Source of the DNA: Eledone cirrhosa
Taxonomy: Eukaryota
Length of the DNA stretch: 64,000 nucleotides
Assembly: GCA_964016885.1 (NCBI GenBank)
Contig: OZ024743.1
Coordinates: 30,752,001-30,816,000, forward strand
Direction of reading: 5' to 3'
Positions within the stretch are counted from its first letter, which is position 1. Every line of letters starts with the position of its first letter. Of this stretch, positions 1 to 18,004 are shown one piece after another. The notes under the pieces are model-generated. The model searched no databases, was not told the origin of the DNA, and saw nothing but the letters and a program-made list of their open reading frames with translations. The translations under genes and the position numbers were made by a program.

Positions 1-64
1 GTATATATACTCACACATATACACACACACAGAGAAAAACTTTTCTATTCCTATAGAATGGTTT

Positions 65-113
<49 letters not shown>

Positions 114-244
114 GATAAATCTACCAAAAGTTTACGGTAGTGTCCAATCCGTATGAAGAACTCAATGTAATCCGGATATCATGGAAAGAAGAGATGCAAT
201 GAAAAATCACTTTCGGTGAAAGATAAACGGAATACAGAGTCAAG

Positions 245-528
245 ATAAAATATTAAAAAAATAATGAATAAAACAATGAAACAGTTCCTTATATTAAACA
301 AAAAAAGTTCATTATTTAACGATCGTTTCTGGGATATATGTGTTCGAATTGGCATGTATATTTAACAGATCTATGTACAATTGTATAATTTTGTACATAG
401 ATCTGTTAAATATACATGCCAATTATAACACATATATATCCCAGAAACGATCGTTAAATAATGAACTTTTTTTGTTTATTATAAGGAACTGTTTCATTGT
501 TTTATTCATTATTTTTTTAATATTTTAT
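245..528. repeat. Fold-back inverted repeat (~135 bp arms); extra tail 111-245 on the left; whole insert bounded by (TA)n
   Basis: ATAAAATATTAAAAAAATAATG...TGTACAA is mirrored by TTGTACA...CATTATTTTTTTAATATTTTAT; centre ~386; a few mismatches between arms. Confidence 0.9.
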
Positions 529-547
529 ATATATATATATATATATA

Positions 548-762
548 GTAATAATAATAAATTTGAAGACTAAAATCCAAAGAAGGCTCTATAAGGATAA
601 ATATATATCACATATATAACAACCGTAGAACAAGTATTTATTAAAATAACAGATTAAAGTTTAAACAAAGAATCGCTGCTGTCACCTTTAACGGGATCTT
701 CTGAAGATCCTGTTAAGGGTGAAAGCAGCGATTCTCTGCTTAAACTTTAATCTGTTATTTTA

Positions 763-770
<8 letters not shown>
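548..770. mobile_element. Fold-back of PLE family D 3' end, centred on the HHR core
   Basis: 635-700 is the reverse complement of 700-770 around GATCTTCTGAAGATC; 548-700 matches the 3' end of the PLE at 1293-1450. Confidence 0.85.
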
Positions 771-857
<87 letters not shown>

Positions 858-1110
858 GACATAGATAGATAGATAGATAAAATAATATATATAGCTGTAA
901 GGACAAGGCTTCCAAAGAGACCCCTTAATTTAAGAATAAATATTGGAAATGTTCGATGCCACTGATATTCCCGAAGGGGACATATCATATGGTTGATAGG
1001 TATCAAGAAGTGAGCAGAATACGGACTATCCGCGAGTAACAGAGCTGCTAGAAGAAACTTCAGGCTCTTCTTTTACTCAATCATGATGGAGAATAGAACA
1101 AAATTATAGA

Positions 1111-3410
<2,300 letters not shown>

Positions 3411-3425
3411 ATATATATATATTTA

Positions 3426-3508
<83 letters not shown>

Positions 3509-3785
3509 AGGATTATCTTTTATGTCGTCAATACTTTTATTGAGCATAGGCTAGTGTTTTGCTATTGACCAGCTCAAGGTTCGTTCTGTATCGATCTGGC
3601 CCATATCTGGAATCAATATCTCGACGGACCTCATATATATATATATTAGGTATAGGATTACCCAAGATGTAGTAATGGTTAATTACTACACTGCATATGG
3701 TTGACGTACGGTGAGAGGTTACTCTACGAGTTATGGAAGAATTGTTGAAGAAACTTAGTTCCTGATCCTTCTGTATTCCGGAGTG

Positions 3786-3880
3786 TATATAAAGAATGAA
3801 TAATAACAGGTAGACATCATAAATTACGGAATAAATTACCTTTTTATGATGTGTACCTGTTATTATTCATTCTTTATATA
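3786..3880. repeat. Small fold-back inverted repeat (tail 3648-3786 on the left)
   Basis: TATATAAAGAATGAATAATAACAGGTAGACATCATAAA mirrored by TTTATGATGTGTACCTGTTATTATTCATTCTTTATATA. Confidence 0.85.
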
Positions 3881-3887
3881 TATATAC

Positions 3888-3934
<47 letters not shown>

Positions 3935-3974
3935 TGTGCGTGTATGTATGTATATGTGTGTGTGTGGGAGTGTA

Positions 3975-4024
<50 letters not shown>

Positions 4025-4359
4025 TATGAAAATACATATTAAGGTTGCCATGCTGTACCCTAGTTTTAGTCGATATATGATTTAACTGAATAAATAATCA
4101 ATTGTGAGCTTTTGAAAATAAGTGGGAAGAGCAAATAAGATAAACGTTTATATTTTTTTATACTTCAATATCACGACATCAGTTACGCTATGTGGTTTGC
4201 AGATTTTGATATTTTGGGGCATCCATACCCGTGAGGCAACGGCTTTTCAGGTGAACCGTCAACCTAATAAAACAACTGATCGTTGCCAGTGGTATTTTCG
4301 GAATGAAAATTATCACAATTTTACTGCCATAAATGTATATATATATAGATATAAATATA

Positions 4360-4948
4360 TATAAGTATGTATACGTACATACATATATGTATACAGACGT
4401 ACAGTAGTATGTATATATATATATATATACATACATGCACATATATATATATATATATATGTACGTATGGATTCACCGAACATTTATTATAGTGCTCGGT
4501 GTGTTTGTAAACACACATCCCGAATTAAGCAGTACAGTGTCTAGCAACCATCGTTGCTCATTTGTTCAACACTGACAAAGGAACGCTGTACTAGTTTCAA
4601 GCTTATTAGCTATCGTCAGCAACGTATACCTTCCTGCCAGATTGTTGAACGTATATACTTACCTTATGCATATAAACGGCTGAGCAGCCTAATTTGCATA
4701 TCGAGTGAGTTAATCGGCCCGGGTACAGAAAACGATAAACGGAAAAAAAATGAAACGAAATTTCATTTCTCACACTTAGTACGGCTGTTACTTAAATATT
4801 AGTATGTATACGTACATACATATATGTATACAGACGTACAGTAGTATGTATATATATGTATACATGTACACATATAGATATGTAGGTATGGATTCACTGA
4901 ACATTTATTATAATGCTCGGTGTGTCTGTAAACAAACATCCCGAATTA
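4360..4948 (-). mobile_element. Retrozyme-like tandem repeat family E (~1.4 units)
   Basis: Unit restarts at ~4800; same unit at 19070-20280 and 51960-52735; no ORF; one HHR per full unit. Confidence 0.8.
4584..4624 (-). ncRNA. Minimal type I hammerhead ribozyme (family E)
   Basis: Sense: cgttg CTGACGA t agct aata agct t GAAA ctag TA cagcg; canonical core, palindromic ACTAGT stem III, GUA cleavage triplet. Confidence 0.85.
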
Positions 4949-5164
4949 TGCGCGCACGCATCTGTGTGGGTGTGTGTGTATGTAATGATAGGTAAGAGGG
5001 GCACAGTAATGTGCCCCTCTTAACCATTGAGTACATTACTTACTGTGGTTACCCCGATTAAACCAGGTGTAAACATATATATATATATATATGTACACGT
5101 ATATATATATACACACATATATATATATATGTACACACACACATATATATATATATATATACGT

Positions 5165-5350
5165 AGGTCCCGGGTTGAGTCGGGGATAACCACAGTAAGT
5201 AAGGTACTCAATACATGGCAGAGTAACATTTTTTTATTTTATAGAAGGAGCTTCTACAGGACTAGTACTGTTTCATTCAGATGAAATCTTCAGGAAGCTT
5301 CCTGAAGATTTCATCTGAATGAAACAGTACTAGTCCTGTAGAAGCTCCTT

Positions 5351-5356
<6 letters not shown>
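5165..5356. mobile_element. Fold-back of PLE-type family A 3' end: 118-bp perfect palindrome (5239-5356) plus tail
   Basis: Perfect symmetry about AAGCTT at 5295-5300; related fragments at 38-72, 5026-5075, 6333-6380, 15068-15200 and 53380-53520. Confidence 0.9.
5297..5345 (+). ncRNA. Type I hammerhead ribozyme, canonical core (family A); mirror copy on minus strand 5250-5298
   Basis: gcttc CTGAAGA t ttca tc tgaa t GAAA cag tactagtc ctg TA gaagc. Confidence 0.85.
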
Positions 5357-5418
<62 letters not shown>

Positions 5419-5428
5419 TATATATATG

Positions 5429-5459
<31 letters not shown>

Positions 5460-5487
5460 GTATGTATATATATATATATATTTGTAC

Positions 5488-5526
<39 letters not shown>

Positions 5527-5597
5527 CATATATATATGTATATATACACATATATATATATACACATATATATATATATATTTATATATATACATAT

Positions 5598-5642
<45 letters not shown>

Positions 5643-5715
5643 CATATACATATATATATATATATATATACATATATATACATATATATATATACTTAAA
5701 TATATATATATATAT

Positions 5716-5778
<63 letters not shown>

Positions 5779-5788
5779 CATATACATA

Positions 5789-5822
<34 letters not shown>

Positions 5823-5895
5823 CATATACATATATATATATATATATATACACATATATATATATACTTAAATATATGTATATATATATATATAT

Positions 5896-5975
<80 letters not shown>
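5357..5975. repeat. Compound (TA)n/(TACA)n microsatellite; representative of dozens of TA/CA/GA runs (e.g. 7380-7590, 47078-47228, 54120-54558)
   Basis: Directly visible dinucleotide repeats. Confidence 0.99.
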
Positions 5976-7577
<1,602 letters not shown>

Positions 7578-10500
7578 GTATATATATATAAATAGATATG
7601 CCTGCGTGTGTGTGTGTGGCTATACATAAAAATAATATATATAGGCGCGTTTATGTATGCTTTTATGTCTGTATACAAATGTACGTTGGTTTATTTGTGA
7701 CTCCGTACAGATTGAGTGTGTGAAATAGAAAAGACGCTATTTGTCAACAATCAAAGGATATATTGGAACTATATGAAGAATCGTTGAGTTAATATAAGGT
7801 TATGGATAGCAAATAATGTTCAACAATAGAATCTTAGTGAAATTCGCACAATCGCCTTTTCAGTGAGCGTATATTGCTTGAATATTACCCGATAATTAAA
7901 CAACCTCCAATATAAGGGATTTGACGGTAGATCTCTGGTAGTGATATCAAATATCATAGCTTCAAATGCGGTGGCTGTGGTTCTCAATTTAAATTTATGA
8001 ATCTATAGCTTTGGTGTTCTTGTATAGAATAAAGGAAATGCATGGATGGTATATACATCGCTGATGATAAAACGCTTGCTTTCCTTTCACTTCGGATTTA
8101 ATTACAATGCATGAGTTGTGGATGGGCTAAACTTGAATTATTTGCAGTTGAGTTGTAGCTCCGGAGTACACATTCTGCTTTTATTAATGAAACATCTGTA
8201 ATACTTCCATATTTTGACAAATCTCTACATTCCGTCAGGTCTTGTAATGTTCAATGCAATACATTTAACGTATTCAATATGTTGAATTTGAATTGGACAT
8301 AGGGTACGTGTGAAGTGAATAATTATTTTGATTTTTATTGGCGGTGAGAATTGATATTTGTTCGTTGTTCTATGGTTTATGTTCATTGTGGCATAGCAGA
8401 TGTTGAGGTATTAATTTGTTGTTGGATTTCCGTATTTGAGGCGAATGTGTACCCTTAGCTTCGTCCGTAACTTCAAACTTTGTTGAGAAGCGTTATCTCG
8501 CTATGTCCTTTTGTGAGTTAAAGGTTACACGTACATGTCTATGTGATAATAGGTAACCGAAATGATTAATACGATTGTGTATGTGTCCATTTACAAATAT
8601 AATACATAAACTATATGCATTAGATGCACAGCATTTAAAACAGATGTAGCCTGTATGAGATTGATAAATAAGTGTCGAAATAATTCATGCAGTGAGAAAG
8701 TCCTGTCCCATGGTTTATGCAAACTGTGTGTGCGGGCTAACATTTATTACTGGATATGTCACAAAAGCAAAACAAGTATATGCATGCAGAAACAAAGTTT
8801 TATAACTAAACTGTGAGGAGAAACAAATAAGAAAATTAATGTTCAAAAGACAGAGAATTGTTTTTTCTTTGTTTCTCTTTTTGCATTCTTTTTCTTCTGT
8901 GTACTCTTTAGTTTTTGGTTCAAATGGCACTGGTAGACGCCACACTCGGTCAGAATTGAATATGGTGATATGCTGGAGCTGTTACCGAGTCTGGAGTTGA
9001 AAGTGATCGTTGTTGTCACCGATGTTGTAATTGATATTGTTGTTCAGACTGTGTGACTAAGTTGAGGAAAGCGGTGGCGAGACAGAATATCATTGGCGTT
9101 GGTGTAATACATAATCAGGAAATGTATTCGAAAGCTGTCCGTGATGTCAAGGTCACCAATGTAGCGAATAACTATTTTGCTTTTTATTGCTGATGAAATT
9201 GATATTTATCAGTTGTTCGGTGGTTTATGATGATTGTGGTGTGACAGATATTGGAGTGGTAATATAGTCTTGACTTGATGGGTGATTATGTATAGGGTAG
9301 TAATATCCGATATAAAGAGCTGTGTCAAATTCCGTTGAATGAACAAATAAAACATGATCACTACTGAAATATATTTAGTAACGTAATAAGATGCTACTAG
9401 GTGATTGTTGAGAATGTAAGAAAACAAGGCTGAAGTTGTGATATGTGCGTGTGTGCAATGATTAAAAAAGTGGTATATACCATACTTATGTAATAAGGTG
9501 AATTTCCTTGGCCTGGCGTCAAGAGAGATCTTGAGATAGAGAGAGAAAGAGTAAGAGAGAGAGGGAGAATAGAGAGAGAGATATCTACAGTGACAGATAT
9601 AGATTGAGACTGAGAGAGGCCAATAGGGACTGCGTGAGATAATGGACTACATCTTAACTGCTCGAAATCAACTATGCAACTCTTCGTTTAACTCTGGGAG
9701 CCGGTTATTTATCACTATCGCTGATTTTGCCCGCAACTCATGACTAAGCAGATGGCTGTTTCCCTGTCAAAACCTTAGATATTTATGAATAAAAACTGAT
9801 TAGCCATGGAAAAGTATTTATGAGACCACAGAAGGTCATGTTATTTGTGGCCGCTTCATGGTGTGAAAGAAACTCTATTGAGGAGATTATCAAATCACTG
9901 CTACACGTTCACAACAAGTAAGTTTGAAGATAACGACTATAATATGAAATACAGATTGATTATTTCAATAAATAATTGACCTGTATAGAAGATAAATATT
10001 AAACTTGGTATACGAGTGTGTTACGAATAAATTAGGGGAGCGATTTCATTGAAGATATGTGAACATTTTTGTTACACGAATGAGTGGGAAGAAATGTTTC
10101 TATGTCGTATGAACATTTTGTAGAATATTTAATTTCTTTGTTCTACGCTTTGTGCTGATGACCCTTAAAACTGGAATACACTGTAAATGTTTTAAAACAA
10201 ATTCATCATTCGACAAAATATGGTGGCTGGGTAGCGAGAAAAATTGTATAAGACTTTATTAAGCCTCACACCATATACCATCAAGACAGTGTACAGATAT
10301 GTAAAACGAAGTACATAATCAAATGGAGACACTTCCCGATCATTTTAGTTGTAGTTGATGCAGCTAATGTCAATCTCGTTTTGAACTGACTGTTCATTAC
10401 CTCAGAATTTCTACTCTAATTAAAGTTAAATGAAATCAATTGTAACAAGTATATTCAATGAAAGTAATCTAAGAGATGTGTTCATGCATTAGAATTCGAA

Positions 10501-11582
10501 CTAAATTTCAGATAAATATCGACACGTAAATCCTTGCCGAAGAAACGACGCCAGCGTTGTTCATTCATATTATAAACGTCTTAAGTATACTGTAAATTCT
10601 AACAGAAAGATTACAATCTAAGAATGTTTTGAGGAGGAAATTACTGTAATTCATTACAGGTAAAGTGATATATCATCCAGGGAACTAAATCCAGTCACAT
10701 GTCACATGTTCTGCGGCTGACGTGATGAGATTTATAATTACCGGTTGGTCTTCAAAATTTGAGTAGAGCAAATGTTATACGACATGCTTAACTATATCAA
10801 TGCTGTAATGAATAGTATCAAGTTGGCAGCTTTCGTTGAACCTGCAAATTACAGTCCTCATAGAGTTATAAATGGACATTTTCATCACTTTCACAAAATT
10901 TAAGAGGTTTGATGCCATGACTCGTTTCATGAATCTTCTTTCAATATGTCCAAATTAAATTCTGTATTTACTTTTTTATTGAACAGGAACGAATATATAT
11001 AGCTATGTAGCTCAAGTAAAATCGTATGGACGACAAAGCAATGGAAAATTACTTAATATATTCCACGCAGCCTGCAAGTATTAGGGGACTATTAATAGAA
11101 TTTTTATTAAGATTGAACAAGGTATACAAAGTTTAATATTTAATTATCTTAACACCATAAAGTGTAAAGCAAGCTCTATCAAAACTGTATGTAGTGTATA
11201 AATCACGGAAACAGCTTTTCCTGAAGTCTCATAAATACAATAATATATTCTGTATAAACCACCGTTGCACAAATAAATAAGAAACTTTAGCTGTGGGTAA
11301 CATTTACAAAATTGAAATATTTTTCACGTACGCATTCAATTATTTCAACTTTCATTTCTCATTCTATCATCTGATAAGGAAATACTTTCCAAAGCATTAA
11401 AACTCGTTTCCTTTTTATTTTAAGTGTTAAATTAATATGTTTCTTCATTGTACTGTGTCGTTTGCTTTCTTATTTCAGCTTAATTTTTACACACACACAC
11501 ACACATCCACACACTTACAAACACACACACGCATCCATACACACAAACACACATACACACACACACACGCACACACACACAT

Positions 11583-11649
<67 letters not shown>

Positions 11650-11650
<1 letters not shown>

Positions 11651-11850
11651 CAGTAATATTAATAAATGGAAAATATCTTTATTAAACCATATTATATCAT
11701 ACATATTTCAAGGTTAACCTTGAAATATGCATAATTAATTAAATATGGTTTCATAAAGATATTTTCCATTTATTAATATTATTGATATTATTCTCCAGAC
11801 GAAATTTTTTATAAATTAAGTTATTGAGTAATCAACACATTAAATATATC
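11650..11850. mobile_element. Fold-back centred in HHR stem II (CAAGG TTAA CCTTGAAATATGCATA) plus 3' tail
   Basis: Arms 11650-11715 and 11716-11785; right arm resembles 18288-18358, where an upstream CTGATGA core is present. Confidence 0.8.
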
Positions 11851-12119
11851 TAGGGGAAAGTATGACCCCGACGGCAGAGCTCAAGCCGTTTCGACGGCTA
11901 TTTCTGGACTAAAGTAAGATTTTTTTTTAGTCTGGTAAATAAATAGCCGACATTTTCAAGGGGTACTTCCTTATATGGGAAGATTGTAGTTGTCAAGAGG
12001 ATTGGTCAAAATTTGTAGCAGACACAGAAAAGTCTATCATAGCAGTGGGTGCGGGATGGGGATGTAGAACGATAGATACCGTGACAACCAGGACTTCGAC
12101 ACCAAAGAGAGATTTGGAT

Positions 12120-14048
12120 TCACTACCTACAAATCTCTCCCACCGAACCCTATGCTCTCACCCTTCGAGACCACCATTTCCACCAGATCAAGGGTATTAA
12201 ATTCAAACCCAGACACAACCGATTCCTACAAAAACTTCGTAGAAAATAATGGAGTATGAAAGCACCAACGAAATCCTGGTGCACTCTGACAAAACTGGAA
12301 ACCTATATTTCATGAGCCCGGACACTGATCAGAAGCAGCCTAAACATCACCTATAAAAAGGCTAACCACCTAATAATCGGGGACATAAATCTAGAGGGAC
12401 AAAAAATTACCTCTAGCCTCGGGGTCGCAGACCGCACTGAACCCCTCGACCCACATATTCCCTACTTCACACTGAAGGACCACAAAGCTGACTTCGACCG
12501 CAAACCATCCATCAGGCTCATAAATCCGACGATGTCGGACATATTGAGAATCAGTAAAAACATCCTAGACCGCGTTATACCAAAAGTTAAGGAAAACGCG
12601 AGACTTAAACTATGGGTTAGAACCCAGGAAGTAATTTGATGGTTCAGGAATATAGAGGACAAACGGGACACACAATTCATCCAGTTTGACATAGAGAGTT
12701 ACAATGCATCTATTACCTTACCGCTCCTTAGGGCCGCCTTGGACTTTGCCGAAACACTCGCCCCCATCAGCCACCAGGAAAGAAATATCATTCTTCACGG
12801 CAGGAAGACAGTCCTACTTTTTGAAAACTCCAAGTGGATAAAGATGGGTGTGTCCGATTCGGCCGAGGTCACCGATCATATAGGATTATTCCTGTTATTT
12901 AAACCCACCGAAATGTTTCTCGCATTCGGCGGTGGATTGTATCGAGACGATGGGCTCTTTACCCTCAAATGATACAACCCCAGTAGTACAGACCGGGTCC
13001 TTAAACAACTTATCAACATTTTCCGGGCGTGGGGATTTAAAATCACCCTAAAAACTCCTAACTCGAGTAAATTTCCTGGACGTTGCTCTCAACCTCTAAA
13101 ATGATCTCTAAAATGTATACAGGAAACCAAACGACAACCTGCCTACAACCACCGCCGCTCTAACCATCCTAGAAACATCACCAATAATCTGGTTAAAAAC
13201 ATCTGTCCCCGCATATCTCATTTGTCCGCTAATGAGCAGATATTCGGCGAACATGCGCCTCATTACAACCAGGCCCTCAACCGGAGTGAATTCCGGGAGG
13301 AAATAACCTTTTATCCAGCTTCCCTTAGCGGAACCAGCAGACGACGCCACCGCCCACGCCACGTAACGTGGTTCAATCCTCCCCACAATGCCGAGGTGGC
13401 AACACCTATCGAGAAAATCTTCTTTAGGCTCCTCGAAAAACACTTTCCACCACAACACCGCTACCACAACATAATCATCAAAAACACTATCAAGCTATCC
13501 GACAGCACCACACCTAACTTCGCACAAAACATCGTCTCCTCAAACAACAAAAAACTCAATCCCTATGGAAGAAACAACCTAGAAATTAGTGGAGAGCCGA
13601 CCAGTAGGTGTAACTGCCCTGATAGATCTACGTGCCCCCTCAACAACAGAGGCCGAGAAGGTAACGTGATCTACCAGTGCGACGTGAGGTCGGACACCTC
13701 CAACAAAGCTTATATAGGATTAACCGCTTGTGACTTTAAGAACCGGCTCTACCAACACCGACATACATTCCGAAACCTGGTCCAGCCACATGCCACTACA
13801 CTTTCGGGCCATATCTGGGACCTCCAAGATAATAATATAACTTTCGATTTTACTTGGAGCTTACTGTCCATAGCTAACTCTTACACGGGAGGACGCCGTC
13901 CATGAAATTTATGCTTGAAGGAAACATTACAAATGCTGTTTACGAAGAATCAACTCCTAAACAAGAAAGACGAACTGGTAACTGTGTGCAAATACAGATT
14001 GCGGAAAACGTACCTCGCCCTCAAACCCCCTAACAATCCGGGTAGTTA
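12120..14048 (+). pseudogene. PLE RT + C-terminal GIY-YIG endonuclease, disrupted by frameshifts and stops
   Basis: TLKDHKADFDRKPSIRLINP, FIQFDIES, GLYRDDGL, WFNPP, CNCPDRSTCPL, VIYQC...YIGLTACDFKNRLYQH. Confidence 0.92.
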
Positions 14049-14811
14049 GACTAGGGTTGAAACAACCCACTTGCCGAAGAAGATAGGGAAAACCCCTACT
14101 TTTCCTCTATGTTTCCTTTCTTTTGTCTCCTCCTATCACTTCTTTCCTCCACCGATTTTCTTCCTTGTTCGTTTCTTTGTTTATTTTTGTATTTTTTCCC
14201 TTTCGCCTACCCCAAGCCCCTTTAGCCTCAATACCCCATCCCAGTAACTTACAGATAGCATTCGCCGATTACGCTATACTAACTATTCATAACAGCTGTG
14301 TTAGAAGCCAGAGATGAGGTATTAATTATTAATTCTACATTTTCAATAATTCTCATCTAACAACTCATTCTAAAGCTTTGGCCGAAATAGGAGCACCAAC
14401 TAAATATAGCAGCTGCGTTAGACTCTTATTTTTTGTTTTATTTCACATATCACTTTCCAATCTTACATTCTGATACATCTTTCTCTCATTTTTTATTATA
14501 TTTTCTTTTATTATATGTTTTCATTGTCCCCTAATCGCATTTGATTTACTATTTCTATAACGTCCCTCCTCCACTTTCTAAAGAAACCTTTTTTCGCCAA
14601 CCCCCTCTGGCCTAGTTTCATACACATTCCTGAGAATTTTCCGTGTAGATTTCACCTTCTACGCTTGACCGTCTCTACCTACTTCCCTATCGTTCTACAG
14701 GCAAGTTCAGCCATCCTCACCCCGCACCGACTGCTATGATAGACTTTTCTGTGTCTGCTAAACATTTTGACCAATCCTCTTGACAACTACAATTTTCTCA
14801 TATAAGAAAGT

Positions 14812-14909
14812 ACCCCTTGAAAGGTTCGGCTATTTATTTACCAGACTAACAATCTCCTCCTTCAGTCCAGAAATAGCCGTCGAAACGGCTTGAGCTCTGC
14901 CGTCGGGGT
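14812..14909 (+). ncRNA. Extended type I HHR with U3-A8 core (family B); inverted copy 11865-11964
   Basis: acccc TTGAAAA [..cggctattt...aaatagccg..] GAAA cggc ttgagctct gccg TC ggggt; 5-bp stem I, GUC cleavage triplet. Confidence 0.85.
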
Positions 14910-15000
14910 CATACTTTCTCCTATTACCCACTCTACTACTCTAAGTATTGAGTACTCTAGTGCGTTATGGTCCATCTGGTTCCTTACCACAATTCCTTCG

Positions 15001-15067
<67 letters not shown>

Positions 15068-15071
<4 letters not shown>

Positions 15072-15340
15072 TTCTCCCGAATGAAACAGTTCTATTCTGT
15101 AAAAGCCTTTTCTATATTAAATATTTATACTCCGCTTTGAATTGAGTACCTTACTTACTGTGGTTACCCCCGATTGAACCCGGGATATACTTATATACTT
15201 ATAAGTCCAGAATTAGCCGTCGAAACAGCTTGAGCTCAGCCGTCGGGGTTCTACTCGCTCCTATTACCCACTCTACTACCCTAAGTATTGAGTACTTTGG
15301 TGCGTTATGGTCCACCTGGTTCCTTACCACATTTCCTTCG

Positions 15341-15342
<2 letters not shown>
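15068..15342 (+). mobile_element. Two stacked 3'-end fragments: family A (15068-15200) and family B (15203-15342)
   Basis: Similar to the family A copy at 5165-5290 (minus strand) and to 14864-15002; both start inside the HHR. Confidence 0.85.
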
Positions 15343-15424
<82 letters not shown>

Positions 15425-15644
15425 GTGTATGTGTATGTGTGTGTGTGTGAGTGCGTGTGTATGCATGCGTGCGTATGTGTTTGTGTATGTGTGTACGTGA
15501 TCCGACGTAGAGTGTTTACCATGTTGTTTCTGTCTAAATGAGCATTTTACCCGATTTTTCTATTCCACTTTTCTTAGCAATCAGGTAGGAGATGTGTGTC
15601 CGTGAGGTGGCTAAAATATATAAATATATAAGAATATATATATA

Positions 15645-16791
15645 CTAGCATTAAAGCCCGGCGTGGCTCGGGGTCAGTAAGTTACCAAAGTTAGGTTGCA
15701 CCACCCATTTTATGGCAGCACTTTTTTGTCTGCCAGGCACTGGGTGAATGAATTGCAGACCTGGACTGCCGAAGCAGGAGCTGCGCCAGCAGTGACAATT
15801 TAGTTTCGGCTACGGATATTATCTCTGAGCAAAGAAGTGTTGAAATTTATTGTTTCACAGTACTTCTGCAACACGCGCGTAGACGATGCCACCCGAACAA
15901 CAGAGCTGCGATGGAGTTGTTCTGCATGGCTGTCTAATGTTTGTTTTCTAAATATAAGACAGTAGGGAGGGGTGTGATATGGGGAGAGTTAGCTGCTGTT
16001 TCTAGCAGGTGTAGTGACCTCATAGAGGATATGTTTTCTAAATTCAGATTACTGTGTATAGTAAATGAACTGATACTTCTTTCCTTCACGTTCGTTGATA
16101 GACGTTTTAAAAAAGTTTTATCGCTATTATTTTTTGTTGTTGAATAAATGTGTCTGTTGCTTTTGAATATGGGGGAGAGTTAGCTACTGTTTCTAGCAGG
16201 TTTATTGACCTCATAGAGGATATGTTTTCTAAATTTAAGACAGTAGGGAGTGGTGTGATATGGGGGAGAGTTAGCTGCTGTTTATAGCAGGTTTAGTGAC
16301 CTCATAGAGGATATTATTTTGTATAGTAAATGAACTGATACTTCTTACTTCCACGTTCGTTGATAGATGTTTTTAAAAAGATTTATCGCTATTTTTGTTG
16401 TCGTTGAATACATTTATCTTTTGAATAATTGTTGTTTCGTATGAAATGTAATAAGTTCTCTTTGTCATTGAAGTAAATAAATGTTTGACCGTTCCACACT
16501 CAAAAACAAACGTTCTCACTCTCTCTCCCTCTCTCTCTTAAAGTTTAAGGGGAGTAGAGAGAGGTAATCTGATTGTATTAGATGGGTAAAGCGTCATGTA
16601 TTTAGTTTCATCGATTATTTCCGTAATTGTGGGTGGGTTTGAAAGTAATAAATAGTCGTTGACATAAGTTAGACTATTTACAACATTCTTACAGACGTTG
16701 AGTCGAATCGATTAGAAATTGTGCAAATGTATAAACATGGAACATGCACACACACACACAACAATAACAATCTGCCTTTTATAGATAATGA
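15645..16791 (-). mobile_element. Non-autonomous Helitron with internal tandem repeats (15940-16410)
   Basis: Minus strand: 5'-TCATTATCTATAAAAGG..., 3' hairpin CCCGAGCCACGCCGGG then CTAG; inserted between A and T. Confidence 0.75.
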
Positions 16792-17466
16792 TATATACAT
16801 ATATATATATATATATAGGTACCAAAGACCAATGGGCAACAACACCCACCCATAGTTTGTAGTCCATACGGTGGATTGTCCACCGGATCCTCTCCTGGTT
16901 AGGAGTCAGCAAAACCACGTTTATTCAACCTGAGGACCCCCCCCCCCCCATGGGAGTTTCCCGCACAGGAATAACAACCGCGCGTTGTGTGTGTATTCAG
17001 GGATTACGTGAATGTACACACTCATGTTAACGCAACGAAATACTAATACCCCAGGTTGCATTTGAAAAATGTTCGAGTGTAGATTTAAGAGTATATTTGT
17101 ATATGCTCTCTTGTATGAGTGCACATGTGCACATGAGACATACACACGCATCCATAGTTATAAAAGTGTGGGTGGGTATATATGTCTGTACTAAGGGATT
17201 CGCCTAATCTCCAAATCCCCCAAGCTATTGCTGTGAAGATATATATCACACTCTACTTTGTCTAGTCTAAACAATAACTTTTCCAAACACCCACTTTACT
17301 TTTCTTTAAAAATGACACGCACCTCGTTTTATGTCTGCCTTATACTTGGATTTGGGGGCCTCTGTTGTATATATATATATATATGCACTTGTGCGTAGAT
17401 ACATATATACACACATCTGTATGGATTTCTGTGTGTGTTTGGGGATAGGTGTGAGTGTATGTACAG

Positions 17467-17712
17467 GTCAACCAACATATGTCTTTTTATTTGTAAACTT
17501 TACCTATTTGACTCTAACCCTAATTTTCAGTATGACCACCCCACATAAATTCCTCAATTTCTATGTGTGGATGTGTGTGTGTGTGTGTATGTGGGGGTGG
17601 GTCTGACTGTATGTTCAAGTCAACCAACATAAGTCTTTTTATATGTAAACATTCTAATATTCGACTCTAACCATAATTTTCAGTAGTACAACCCCACATA
17701 AATTCCTCAATG
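17467..17712 (+). repeat. Two ~95 bp direct repeats inside an HHR-terminated segment (~16815-18110)
   Basis: GTCAACCAACAT...CCCACATAAATTCCTCAAT at ~17468 and ~17619. Confidence 0.85.
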
Positions 17713-18004
17713 TATGAATGACCTGTAGTATCGAATGTCATACTATAAACCTCAATATATCTGACCAGGAATGTTTTTTGTGAAAATCAGACATATTGTC
17801 ATCTTGCCTGACGGTTTGAACTTTACAACACGACCTGCCTTTTGAGGTCAAATACCAACCTTACTACAATCTACAGACTGAGCAATGAGAGTTAAGATTA
17901 TTTCTGCTGCCAACATTAAATTATCCCTAACAAGCTCATATGCCCCAAGGCTCTGATACCACCAACACCATAAACACATAGCTGGCATATCTAAGAACTG
18001 ACTA

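Larger units (their letters stand above)
11853..15002 (+). mobile_element. Penelope-like element (family B), 5'-truncated, with inverted 3' copy at 11853-12075
   Basis: 11853-12075 is the reverse complement of ~14688-14920; RT and GIY-YIG motifs inside; ends in (TA)n. Confidence 0.95.

Noticed and set aside
893-1092. TA-flanked insert sharing GG..CTCTTTGGA with the family D tail
   Set aside because: Probably another PLE tail, but no HHR fold or second copy was found.
7700-9430. Possible ancient LINE ORF1/endonuclease on the minus strand (LNVLH*-like start)
   Set aside because: Only faint isolated motifs; no colinear set I can support.
9640-11400. Unique sequence with splice-like signals
   Set aside because: No recognisable peptide or consistent exon chain.
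15940-16410. CRISPR-like repeat array
   Set aside because: Eukaryotic context; these are degenerate tandem duplications with no unique spacers and no cas genes.
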